Assembly (NCBI GenBank): GCA_964597575.1
Contig: CAZQXB010000001.1
Span: forward strand, 778,892-842,891
Origin: an uncultured Gammaproteobacteria bacterium
GTDB lineage: Bacteria; Patescibacteriota; Patescibacteriia; Magasanikbacterales; UBA922
Length of the DNA: 64,000 nt
Reading direction: 5' to 3'
In this document: positions 48,649 to 57,201 of the stretch, one piece after another
Numbering within the stretch: the first letter of the stretch is position 1
Layout of the letters: the number at the start of each line of letters is the position of its first letter
Program-made: the position numbers and the translations under genes
Notes under the pieces: model-generated
The model's input: only the letters and a program-made list of their open reading frames with translations
Database searches by the model: none
What the model was told of the DNA's origin: nothing

Positions 48649-51600
48649 TTACCCTTGACGTGAAAGTGAAGTACCAACGACATCATATGAATCTGATGCA
48701 ACGTATGCTTCAGAGTTCACTGAACCGTTAACTGGAGTGTAGTAGTATTCAACTACGCCATTTGCCCAGTTATCTTCGAATTCGTCGGCTGAAGCGTCGT
48801 AGCCAGTAGCGCCGTCAAGTTTCGGTGAAACTGAAACGGTGATCTGACCAACACCACTCGCTTTACCATTGAACATAGCGGTAGTGTCAGCAACCAAGAT
48901 GAGGGTGCGTGAGCTACCAACTGGAATGGTGAAGTTATCGAGAAGGCTGTTCGTGTCATTTGATTGACCGAATACAACGTTCAAAGTGTTACCTGCTGAA
49001 GCATTGACACCGTTTGTGATGCCGATACCACCAGCGAGGCTAGCGGTGCTCGTTGCAGCGATCTGTGTTCCAAGACCACCTGACGAGTTCGCTTCCCAGA
49101 GTTGCCATGTTCCGATCGTACCAGTTGCAGTTCCGTTTGCAGTAAGACCACTTGCAGCCACATTAATGGTTGTAGTAGAAATACGCATTTCACGGTCACC
49201 ACTGTTGGTGATGCTGAACTGGAAGATCTTAGCTTGTGATGACTGTTCCAAAGTTGAACCAATGTTCACCGAAGCGATCACTGGAGCAGTGTTGTGGAAC
49301 AAGTAGAACGATGAAGTAGCAAAACGAACTGAAGTCGTATTTGCACCTGACGTTGTGCTGTCGATCTGAGCTAATCCAAGCTCCCCGCCTGACGCTGCAA
49401 CGATGCGAACATCGTTGGTGTCATTGTTGCTACGAATAGCAAACGCGTTGATGCTTGCAACATCCATGGTACCTGAACCGTTAATTTCACCCTTCAAAAC
49501 AATGTACTTAGTTTCGTCTGCACCAACTGAGTAGTTAAGCCCAGTGAAGCGAACGTAACCTGCACTTGATCCTGGAGTGTAGCTTGCTGAACCGATAGGA
49601 GTTGACATGTTGTTTGAATCGTAGAGATACAACGTGCCAAAGTTTCCTGCTGAAGTATCAGAAGCTAATGTGTCGTCTACAACCTGGAAGGTAAGACGTT
49701 CAATATTAACAGTTTCGTTTTCAGCCTTGATTGACCACTTACCAAGCTGCATCGGAGCAGCACTTGGAGTGCGGATCGATGAGATGGTCGTGCTGTCATT
49801 TGATGCAGCGATAACAACGTTAGCAGCACCAAAGGTAATCGTCTGGCCGGTAACAGCAGTAGCTGTGTCACTGTTGCTGGTCGATTGACCAACGTAGGTA
49901 ACAGCGAAGCTTACTGAAGTCGTACCAGATGAAGTTGATTCAGTGTCTGACCATACTTTGATCACCTTCTGCTCATTCGCAGCGAGTGCGAGTGAGAAGC
50001 TGAAGCTGTTCGATGAAGTAGCAACAGTGCTGAGGGTTGAACCCAAAGCGTTGTTGTTTGCATCACGAAGTTCAAGGTTCTTCAAGTATGTAGGAGCGCT
50101 GAATGCGCCACCGCCATTAAATGAAACGGTTGCGTTTGTAATGCTTACAGCTTCTGCATCACCTGCACGCACAACGAAGCGACCCACTTCGATCTTCGAA
50201 CCTAGGGAAGCTGTGCGGTTACCAAGTGCTGTGTCTTTCGACAAAGTCAAGCTGGTAGTGTCTGCAGTAAGCGTGTTACCTGCAACAACTGACGTAGCGA
50301 GATCGCTGAAGTCATTTGTTGAGAGACGTTTCGCATACAAGTTACCGAACGATACCGTATAGGTAGCAGTTCCAGTAGCTGTTGTTGGGATGTTCCCGAT
50401 AACTTCAACAACTTTCGTTTCGCCTGAAGCAATATTGATATATTGCGAAAGGTTGTACTGAGTTGCGCTGTTATAGAGGCTTGAACCAGCTGAAACGGTA
50501 AGAACCGTAACACCATCAACCACTACGCGAACGTTGCCGGTCAAACCAGCTGCGCCAGCGAATGATGAGGTAGCAACACGAAGTGCTGCTTTGCGGATTT
50601 CAAGATCTTCACCTACGGCCTTGAGGTCGTAGCGAGCAAGAACGCGATCGGTAGCACCAGCTGAAACGCGAGTTGATGGTGAATCATTGCGTTTTGAAAC
50701 TGAAGCTGAACCTGACTTCATCTTGAACCAACCGTCTGATGACGATACAGCCAAGAATGATGCTGGCAACACGTAAAAACCTGTTGAAGCATCTTGAAGC
50801 AAGATGTCGTAATCGTTCTGAACTTGCGCGCGGAAGTAGTTACCTGAACCATCATTGATCTTACCACGGAGTGTAACTACGCGGTTTGAACCTTCTGGAA
50901 TCGTGTAACCATTTGCGATGTTGAATGAAACGTAGCGGTCAGTAATTTGAGTAGCAGTACCAAGAACGGTATTGTCTGGAGCGCGGAGCTCAAGATCAGT
51001 TACGTCACGGTCCTGAAGGCTACCCTGGAAGTACACGCGAATATTCTTCAAGTGTACATCGTTATTACCACTCGTTTCGCTGATGCGGATCTTCAAAAGA
51101 TCTTTTACTTCAGCAATTTCAACGTTCCCTGCGGTTCCGCTTGATGGTTCAGTACCCAACCCACCAACTGACTGACCAGTTAAGGTTACAGTTGAGAGTG
51201 CGTCATCGCCATCAGTTAAACCAAAGGTGTTCCCAATAATTGGAAATGCGCCTGAAACAGTACCGTTTGAGATAATGTCAGAAGCAAGAGCAATATTAGC
51301 ACCAACAGTACCACCAGTTGCGTCGCTTGCTAAGTTCATAGCAACCGTCAAAACTTTTGATGAACCTGCTGGAATTGTTACTGCGTCAACACCGAAGTTG
51401 ATTGTTACTTTATCTTCCGAGTTGAAAGATGACATAACATCACCAAGGCGCATACCATCAACCCAAGCGCTTACGCCTGAGATCTTTGAGTTTGCAACCA
51501 AGCCAGTTTTGCGAACAGTAATACCTGAAACGCGAACTGGAGCGCTGTTTGCCATGAGGTTGATTTTCAAAACCTCATTATACGCAGTGCTGTTTGAGAG

Positions 51601-52434
51601 TGTCGTACCTACTGGGGTATTTGCACTCAAACCAACTGAAAGGGCACCACCGGTTGGGGTAGGACCTGGAGTTGGGTTAGGTGTTGGGTTAGGGTTCACT
51701 GAACCTGAACCAGCACCTTGTGTTGGATCCATGCTGAGGTCAGCACGCATCACGTTTGAACCAGTACCAAACGAGTTGAATGTTGATTGAGGAACGGTCG
51801 CAACATATCCTGAAAGGAATGAAGGAACGCCACCATCAACCATGCGGAGCATTCCGCCTTCAACCATGTATACAGCTGATGATGAAGCGAGTTTCACAAG
51901 CATACCATTTACTGGCATACCAGTGCTGTCACCTGCAACAACGCTGAAGTTCGCCCAGAACGCTGGATGTACATCGTACACTTTGCGGTTCCAGTTGCTG
52001 CCAGCAAGCATTGCTGCTGCGGCTTCGCTTGCGATACGGCGAATTTTGTTTCCAGATTCTACTACGTAAACGGAGTTAGAAGCTTGGAGTTTGACCAAAG
52101 TACCAGGACGGAAGTTTACGCCGTATGGTGCTGCGGTTGGCATGGTGTAGTTATCGAAGCATGATGGATCAATTGTCACCACACCTGAGTAATCTGCGAA
52201 CCATGATTTGTAGACATTTGCATTTGGGAAAAACAACGGTTGTAAATTCTGGTTAAGAATGTAAACCGCTGGATCTCCAGCGACCTTGAACTGACTGCCA
52301 ACCTGAAGGGCTGGGCATTCAACAGCTTGCGCTGCCAAAGGTGCAAGGGCCGCAACTCCCATGCTCCACAAAATAGTGGTAACAACCACTGACATTGTGA
52401 AGCCTTTTTTTACAGCTTTTAAAGCACTATTCAT
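48649..52434 (-). CDS. Giant secreted repeat-rich surface protein (candidate S-layer / surface glycoprotein)
   Basis: The preferred start at 52434 (MNSALKAVKKGFTMSVVV...AQA) gives a classic signal peptide. The ORF extends to 52572. It has three roughly 50-aa N-terminal repeats (SxxVYxVExG), a PT-rich linker NPNPTPNPTPGPTPTGG, then about 1000 aa that are Thr/Ser/Gly/Asn/Val-rich, presumably beta-rich, with almost no Cys. Confidence 0.75.
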   Translation of the reverse strand: MNSALKAVKKGFTMSVVVTTILWSMGVAALAPLAAQAVECPALQVGSQFKVAGDPAVYILNQNLQPLFFPNANVYKSWFADYSGVVTIDPSCFDNYTMPTAAPYGVNFRPGTLVKLQASNSVYVVESGNKIRRIASEAAAAMLAGSNWNRKVYDVHPAFWANFSVVAGDSTGMPVNGMLVKLASSSAVYMVEGGMLRMVDGGVPSFLSGYVATVPQSTFNSFGTGSNVMRADLSMDPTQGAGSGSVNPNPTPNPTPGPTPTGGALSVGLSANTPVGTTLSNSTAYNEVLKINLMANSAPVRVSGITVRKTGLVANSKISGVSAWVDGMRLGDVMSSFNSEDKVTINFGVDAVTIPAGSSKVLTVAMNLASDATGGTVGANIALASDIISNGTVSGAFPIIGNTFGLTDGDDALSTVTLTGQSVGGLGTEPSSGTAGNVEIAEVKDLLKIRISETSGNNDVHLKNIRVYFQGSLQDRDVTDLELRAPDNTVLGTATQITDRYVSFNIANGYTIPEGSNRVVTLRGKINDGSGNYFRAQVQNDYDILLQDASTGFYVLPASFLAVSSSDGWFKMKSGSASVSKRNDSPSTRVSAGATDRVLARYDLKAVGEDLEIRKAALRVATSSFAGAAGLTGNVRVVVDGVTVLTVSAGSSLYNSATQYNLSQYINIASGETKVVEVIGNIPTTATGTATYTVSFGNLYAKRLSTNDFSDLATSVVAGNTLTADTTSLTLSKDTALGNRTASLGSKIEVGRFVVRAGDAEAVSITNATVSFNGGGAFSAPTYLKNLELRDANNNALGSTLSTVATSSNSFSFSLALAANEQKVIKVWSDTESTSSGTTSVSFAVTYVGQSTSNSDTATAVTGQTITFGAANVVIAASNDSTTISSIRTPSAAPMQLGKWSIKAENETVNIERLTFQVVDDTLASDTSAGNFGTLYLYDSNNMSTPIGSASYTPGSSAGYVRFTGLNYSVGADETKYIVLKGEINGSGTMDVASINAFAIRSNNDTNDVRIVAASGGELGLAQIDSTTSGANTTSVRFATSSFYLFHNTAPVIASVNIGSTLEQSSQAKIFQFSITNSGDREMRISTTTINVAASGLTANGTATGTIGTWQLWEANSSGGLGTQIAATSTASLAGGIGITNGVNASAGNTLNVVFGQSNDTNSLLDNFTIPVGSSRTLILVADTTAMFNGKASGVGQITVSVSPKLDGATGYDASADEFEDNWANGVVEYYYTPVNGSVNSEAYVASDSYDVVGTSLSRQG

Positions 52435-52694
52435 AGGAATAATACGTGCGGCGACGAGCGCGCCTTCTGACAAAGCAGAAAGGTCCCATCGACACAATTT
52501 TATAATATACCCCCATGTGTCACGACTCGTTGCCGAGCCTCGACTTTTTGGTGTCACATGCCTCGCATTCAATCGCAGGCCCGCGGTGAATGAAAGGGTT
52601 TACCAAGTCAGATAATGACCTGGACCATACTGTATGGCATTCGGACGCCTGACCGAGGTCAAGCATACGTAGCCATACAATATGTAGTATTTTC

Positions 52695-54020
52695 TTACCG
52701 CACCACCGGTTGTGGTGACGGGGAAGCCTGTGTTGAGGAACTCGTTGCCGCAGAACCAGTTGGTGCGGGGGCAGTACTTACCGTACCAGTTGCGGTTGAA
52801 GCCGGTGGAACTGGTTGAGGTAACGACGTACTGTACACTTTGAGCGTTATTTCCGGAGTGACTGATGTTTCAATTTCTTTTTTCAAATTGAGTGCAGTTT
52901 GTAGTTTTTCAAGTGCTCCTCGCAAATTTTCTTGACCAAGCAGCACTTTTGCATCAGCCACAGCCTGAGCCGCAGTCTCCACCTTCTCTTGAACTGTTCT
53001 TTCTGGCGCGACTACTGTTGGTATAGTACCTGTTGCTGTAGAAGAAGTTGTTACAACAGCCATAGGAATAGTACTCGTTTCTGTTGACGCACCAGCAGTA
53101 CTTGAAACAGTAGAAGAAGCTGAACTTGGAGTAGACGCCTCAACAACAGGCAGGGTACCAGTAGCCGTAGAGGAAGCTACTGATTGAAGGGCGTTAAATG
53201 TTGATTCTAAACTAACAAGAGCTTTTTCAAGCGTAAGATTTACCGCTTGAGAGGATCCTTCTGAAGGAGTAGGGCCATTTGCAATAATGTGAGCGGCGGT
53301 AACCACAGCATTCACATTTGTTTCTGCAACTAAATTTGCGACAACAGCAACCTCTGTTTTTACGGCCATCGAAAGATCTGTTGATTTTATTTCGGTCGGA
53401 ATATTTGTAACAGAATTTGATAAATCGGTAGCGATCTGAGAAGTTTTTTCTGACACCACACTGAGAAGAGCAGAAGGATCACCTGAAGAAGTTTTTACTT
53501 TTTGAATCTCTTCATTTGTTGATTTAATATTTTCTTTCAAAGAAAGCACGACGGTCTTTGCCTGCTCCTGCTTTTTAACAACATCACTTGGAGAAGTTTG
53601 AATTTTTTTCAACTCCCCTGCTCGCTTCTGTGCATGATTCAAAAGAACTACCACTTTTTCCCCGTTACTGCCAGCAAGAAGCAGTTCCTTTTTTTCATTG
53701 ACTTTTTTAACACTATATAAGAAGTCTCCTGGTAAACTTGATTCTGCGGCTGAAACTGACACACCCCATCCATATATTGCTACACCGAAAATAAGAACGT
53801 AGACGAATGAAGCGCGGGCAATGGTTGCGATTGGACGAGGTAATAAAAACGAAAGAAAGTTTGAGAAATTTTTTGCTCGTGATGGAGATGCTTCCCGACG
53901 AGGGGCTCCCGGAACCTCATTCATCAGGCGCGCCGAAACACGCGACTTCCATTCAGCGCGAGGAGCGAGGGTCGGCAGAGCCGAAAGAGACTTCAATTGT
54001 GACCGAAGGTCACGATTCAT
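52695..54020 (-). CDS. Anti-sigma factor-like membrane protein with DUF5667-type domain and Ser/Thr/Ala-rich C-terminus
   Basis: 441 aa, overlapping the sigma gene stop. The cytoplasmic N-terminus is followed by a single TM (FVYVLIFGVAIYGWGV) and the block GDFLYSVKKVNEKKE. The C-terminal tail is low-complexity and S/T/A/P-rich. Confidence 0.65.
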   Translation of the reverse strand: MNRDLRSQLKSLSALPTLAPRAEWKSRVSARLMNEVPGAPRREASPSRAKNFSNFLSFLLPRPIATIARASFVYVLIFGVAIYGWGVSVSAAESSLPGDFLYSVKKVNEKKELLLAGSNGEKVVVLLNHAQKRAGELKKIQTSPSDVVKKQEQAKTVVLSLKENIKSTNEEIQKVKTSSGDPSALLSVVSEKTSQIATDLSNSVTNIPTEIKSTDLSMAVKTEVAVVANLVAETNVNAVVTAAHIIANGPTPSEGSSQAVNLTLEKALVSLESTFNALQSVASSTATGTLPVVEASTPSSASSTVSSTAGASTETSTIPMAVVTTSSTATGTIPTVVAPERTVQEKVETAAQAVADAKVLLGQENLRGALEKLQTALNLKKEIETSVTPEITLKVYSTSLPQPVPPASTATGTVSTAPAPTGSAATSSSTQASPSPQPVVR

Positions 54021-54588
54021 ACAAAGGATTCCGAGGTTGGCGTTTAATAACTTCTTCTAATTTTTTCGTGGCGCGATGCAGAGTAACACGGACCGCAGTT
54101 TGCTTCTTTTGCAAGGCTTCGGCAATTTCTTTGACTGACATCTCTTCCACGTAACGAAGAAAAATGACATCTTGATATTCTTGCTTCAACTGCTTTACTG
54201 CCTGAAGAAGCATTTCAGCATCTCCAGATTTTGCAGCCGCTTCGAATGCACTTGGTCGTGAGTCTGGAGTTTCCATAACCACATCAACCGACTCTGTTGG
54301 ATGTTTGGCTCGGCTACGATAGAAATCAATAATCGTACTCCGAGCAATGGTATACATGAATGCGCGGAAATGACGAACTTCTTCACGTTCAGAATTTGTA
54401 AGATACTGCCACGCTTTGGCAAACGTTTCAGCGGCTACATCTTCTGCTTCTTCGCGATGAGCAATTTTTAAAGCCACAAACCGGTAGATAGCCGAGGCAT
54501 ACTTTTGATACAGTATACTAAAGGCATCGCGGTCATGGTGGTGGCGAATGCGAAAAAGAAGAGTCAATTCATTCTGCACACTATCCAT
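54010..54588 (-). CDS. ECF-type sigma-70 family RNA polymerase sigma factor
   Basis: The ATG at 54588 (MDSVQNELTLL) is preferred. The ORF extends to 54693 through an unlikely hydrophobic N-terminus. Region 2 (YRFVALKIAHREEAEDVAAETFAKAW) and a region 4 HTH (MSVKEIAEALQKKQTAVRVTLHRATKKL) are present. Confidence 0.8.
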   Translation of the reverse strand: MDSVQNELTLLFRIRHHHDRDAFSILYQKYASAIYRFVALKIAHREEAEDVAAETFAKAWQYLTNSEREEVRHFRAFMYTIARSTIIDFYRSRAKHPTESVDVVMETPDSRPSAFEAAAKSGDAEMLLQAVKQLKQEYQDVIFLRYVEEMSVKEIAEALQKKQTAVRVTLHRATKKLEEVIKRQPRNPLYES

Positions 54589-54751
54589 ACAAGAAGACGT
54601 GAGAAAAGGAAAAACGTTACACCCAGCACTGTCACAACCAAAAAAGATATCTACGAGTATAGCCAAAAAAGCGGAAAAAAACAAGGCCCACACCCCTTAA
54701 ATACGGTTTTTTGATTACCTTAGTGATACCATTTTGTAAAAAGGATTTTAT

Positions 54752-54763
54752 TTGTGTACACAA
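54752..54763. promoter_or_regulatory. 12-bp perfect palindrome TTGTGTACACAA (candidate operator)
   Basis: Seen directly in the sequence. It lies 38 nt upstream of the -35 of the HTH gene promoter and within the upstream region of the divergent sigma gene. Confidence 0.4.
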
Positions 54764-54800
54764 GCCTATACAAATAAAAGTATACGCCTTCACAGCGCTC

Positions 54801-54829
54801 TTGACAAAACCCTAAAATTATGCTATATA
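54801..54829 (+). promoter_or_regulatory. Near-consensus sigma70 promoter with extended -10 (TTGACA-17-TGcTATATA)
   Basis: TTGACA at 54801-54806, a 17-nt spacer, TG at 54821-54822 and TATATA at 54824-54829. A second palindrome TTGTATACAA at 54843-54852 lies just downstream of the -10. Confidence 0.55.
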
Positions 54830-54882
54830 TTGTGTAGACTATTGTATACAAAAAAAGCTTACTTTCTCTTTTTTTCCTGCTT

Positions 54883-55212
54883 ATGTCATCCCCTGCTCTT
54901 ACGAGCGCTACCCCCGAAAAGCATCCCGAGGTTGTCCGCGTCTCTATTTCAGAGGCTGCTCGCCTCTTTGGGGTAAACGCTCAAACGATCCGCCGCGCAA
55001 TTAAACAAAATGAGATCACCTATATCGTTGTTGCCGGCCGCTATAAGCTCAACTTTGAAAGTTTGGTGAAATGGTCTCAACAAAAAACAACCATTAAAAA
55101 CAAGCTCAATGAACGCGGGATTGGCCAGTATATTGATCAATGGAAGATTTCAAACACTCTCTACTCCCCAAGCCCAAAATTAGTCACCCCTGAAGAAGAA
55201 ACGCATAGCTAA
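54883..55212 (+). CDS. Helix-turn-helix DNA-binding protein (excisionase/MerR-like HTH_17 type)
   Basis: 109 aa with the HTH ISEAARLFGVNAQTIRRAIKQNEI near the N-terminus. Confidence 0.65.
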   Translation: MSSPALTSATPEKHPEVVRVSISEAARLFGVNAQTIRRAIKQNEITYIVVAGRYKLNFESLVKWSQQKTTIKNKLNERGIGQYIDQWKISNTLYSPSPKLVTPEEETHS

Positions 55213-55242
55213 AAAATACCGACCGTGAGGTCGGTATTTTTA
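55213..55242. terminator. Bidirectional rho-independent terminator between convergent genes
   Basis: ataccgacc-gtga-ggtcggtat flanked by an A-run upstream and a T-run downstream. Confidence 0.7.
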
Positions 55243-55254
55243 ATGAAAAATTTC

Positions 55255-57066
55255 TTATTCCGGAAGGACTGCGGTTCCCGCTGCACGACCTTGAAGATCG
55301 TGTGGAAGCGCCGTAGACAAGCCCTTTGTTATTTGCTCCCGCAGCATACGATTTGTAATCGGATCAAAGGCCTCACCTTGGACAGAATCAACCAGCGTAA
55401 CAATCGTCCCCGCCATATCAGATGTTGGGGTAAACACAATTTCAAAAGCAACTTCAACTGTTTGAAACGGCTGAAGAGTACGACCATACCAGGTTATTTT
55501 TTTCTTCGCTTCATCAAAAACAGGAGTGTCGCCGCGTGTCACACTCGTTTGGCCAGTCAGCATAACCGCCCGCGGAAGGCTCACACTCAGTATTGGTTTT
55601 TCGGCCAACCCTCGCCCATTTTTCAAGGTAATAATCACCCAGTATTTCGTTGTCGCATTAACGCGTGGAGGTAGTGCCCCGCGACCCAACTGATCACCCT
55701 CAGAAGTGAAGTAACGAACCTCTGCATCAAGCGCAATACGGGTTCCAAGCATAAGTTGTGGAAGCTCAGCCTCACCCCTTAATTCACTTACTGTATCCCC
55801 GAGCCTTGCTTGCCCAACGACGCGCACCCGAACCACCTCGCTTGTCGCATCAGTACGTACAGGAAGACTCATGTTTTGTACAACCTCTTCACCTTTTCGA
55901 AGCGACACATCGCCAAGCGGTACGCGCACCCCACCGGAAATTCGAGTACTTTTTGTAAGCGTTCGAAGAAGTGCCGCTGTGTCTATCACCGCCTCATCAA
56001 ACAACACATCGACTGCCGAAGCACGGACAGCACCATCTTCAGTATTTTTTATGGTAACCGTAAGAGGAATCTTTTCCCCAGGCGCAGTGCTTGTTATTGC
56101 CCCATTCCACTGACCACGAATTTCAATGGCGGCCTGACTCACCACCCCCGAAGACGCAATCGGCAGCTGTGGCAAAGAAACACCATCAGAAATAATCTCA
56201 GGCGTAAACTGAATTCGATAAGCGCGATCGGAGGTGCGAAATTGCGTCGACATCCACCCCTCAAGTTCTGCCACCTGCCCTGGCAATAGCGACTCTATGC
56301 GCCAACCAAGAGGGGTAATGGTTCCAAGGTCGGCACGAAGATCGTGAAACGTAACTCCTCGCGGAGGCGCGAGTGGCACAAAAACAGTATACCCATTCAC
56401 CCCTCCTTCATGCCGAAGCGAAAACCGAAATGAACCCTGCCCATTCCGTACAACCTGCTCCGGCAAACTGAGATGTCCTCCAATAACACTGTCTCTTCCT
56501 AAGATAGTTGCGTGATTCGCTCCTAAAAACAGGTGAGTATTTTCTTCATAGATATGAACCGCAAAAACCGCTTCTTCACCTAACTGGCTGATGTATACCC
56601 CATCGACGACCAAAGAAAAGGTTGTGGTATTCGTAAAATCGAGCGGAAAGTGAACCGTGCCTGTTGCATATTCTTTTTCAGAAACAGTAATATGAGTAGG
56701 AGAAAAACCTTTCGGCCACTCGACCCTCGCTTCTGCGTGAAGATTTTCGATATCACTCGGGCGAATGATATCTGCTCGAAGGGTAAGCGTGTCTCCGGTT
56801 TTTACCCTTCCTTCTGGGAGATACATAACCACAATGGCGCGCGGGCTTACAGGTGGTGTGTATAAATAGTATCCAAGGGCCGCTGCAGCAAATAAAAGGG
56901 TGCTTGTAAGAAGTGCAAGATCAAAAAAAAACAATTTTCTGGCATGCCGAAATCGCAGAGCATATCGGCGCAGATAGTAATGATGAAGAAACGTAAAAGG
57001 AGATGCCATAATAAATACAATCCTCTCTAGTATAGAGATAGAAGAGAGATGTTTCAATATCCCCAA
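55255..57066 (-). CDS. Large hypothetical membrane-anchored protein with repeated beta-rich (Ig-like?) segments
   Basis: 603 aa with an N-terminal TM helix (FFFDLALLTSTLLFAAAALGYYLY) and no recognisable catalytic motifs. Confidence 0.5.
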   Translation of the reverse strand: MGILKHLSSISILERIVFIMASPFTFLHHYYLRRYALRFRHARKLFFFDLALLTSTLLFAAAALGYYLYTPPVSPRAIVVMYLPEGRVKTGDTLTLRADIIRPSDIENLHAEARVEWPKGFSPTHITVSEKEYATGTVHFPLDFTNTTTFSLVVDGVYISQLGEEAVFAVHIYEENTHLFLGANHATILGRDSVIGGHLSLPEQVVRNGQGSFRFSLRHEGGVNGYTVFVPLAPPRGVTFHDLRADLGTITPLGWRIESLLPGQVAELEGWMSTQFRTSDRAYRIQFTPEIISDGVSLPQLPIASSGVVSQAAIEIRGQWNGAITSTAPGEKIPLTVTIKNTEDGAVRASAVDVLFDEAVIDTAALLRTLTKSTRISGGVRVPLGDVSLRKGEEVVQNMSLPVRTDATSEVVRVRVVGQARLGDTVSELRGEAELPQLMLGTRIALDAEVRYFTSEGDQLGRGALPPRVNATTKYWVIITLKNGRGLAEKPILSVSLPRAVMLTGQTSVTRGDTPVFDEAKKKITWYGRTLQPFQTVEVAFEIVFTPTSDMAGTIVTLVDSVQGEAFDPITNRMLREQITKGLSTALPHDLQGRAAGTAVLPE

Positions 57067-57147
57067 CTTCTGCCAAAAAATGATTTTTTATGTTAAATTG
57101 GCCAAAATTAAGCGTATTCAGACAAAAGTTATCCCCTCTTCTCCCCC

Positions 57148-57176
57148 TTGACAAAATCCCTAAAAAAAGCTATAAT
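57148..57176 (+). promoter_or_regulatory. Perfect consensus sigma70 promoter TTGACA-17-TATAAT
   Basis: TTGACA at 57148-57153, a 17-nt spacer and TATAAT at 57171-57176. A GAGGT Shine-Dalgarno sits 5 nt before the ATG at 57202. Confidence 0.65.
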
Positions 57177-57201
57177 AAGCCGTTATTATTAAGCGTGAGG
57201 T

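Noticed and set aside
51662-51696. Short tandem DNA repeat (gttgggtta/ggtgttgggtta) inside the giant gene, considered as a CRISPR or VNTR candidate
   Set aside because: It encodes the NPNPTPNPTPGPTP linker. It is only about 3 units long, has no spacers and is not CRISPR-like. It could still be a length-variable linker, but there is no evidence for that here.
48986-52164. Numerous 60-190-aa ORFs on both strands inside 48649-52434
   Set aside because: All lie within the giant repeat-protein gene, whose reading frame is continuous for about 3.8 kb with a coherent domain organisation.
52435-52694. A clean ECF-type promoter (GGAAC-N16-CGTC-like) in the giant-gene leader
   Set aside because: Only a weak GGGACC -35-like element was seen. 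The only CGTC-like -10 element lies at about 25 nt, too far away. The direct TGACAC repeats are real but their function is unassigned.
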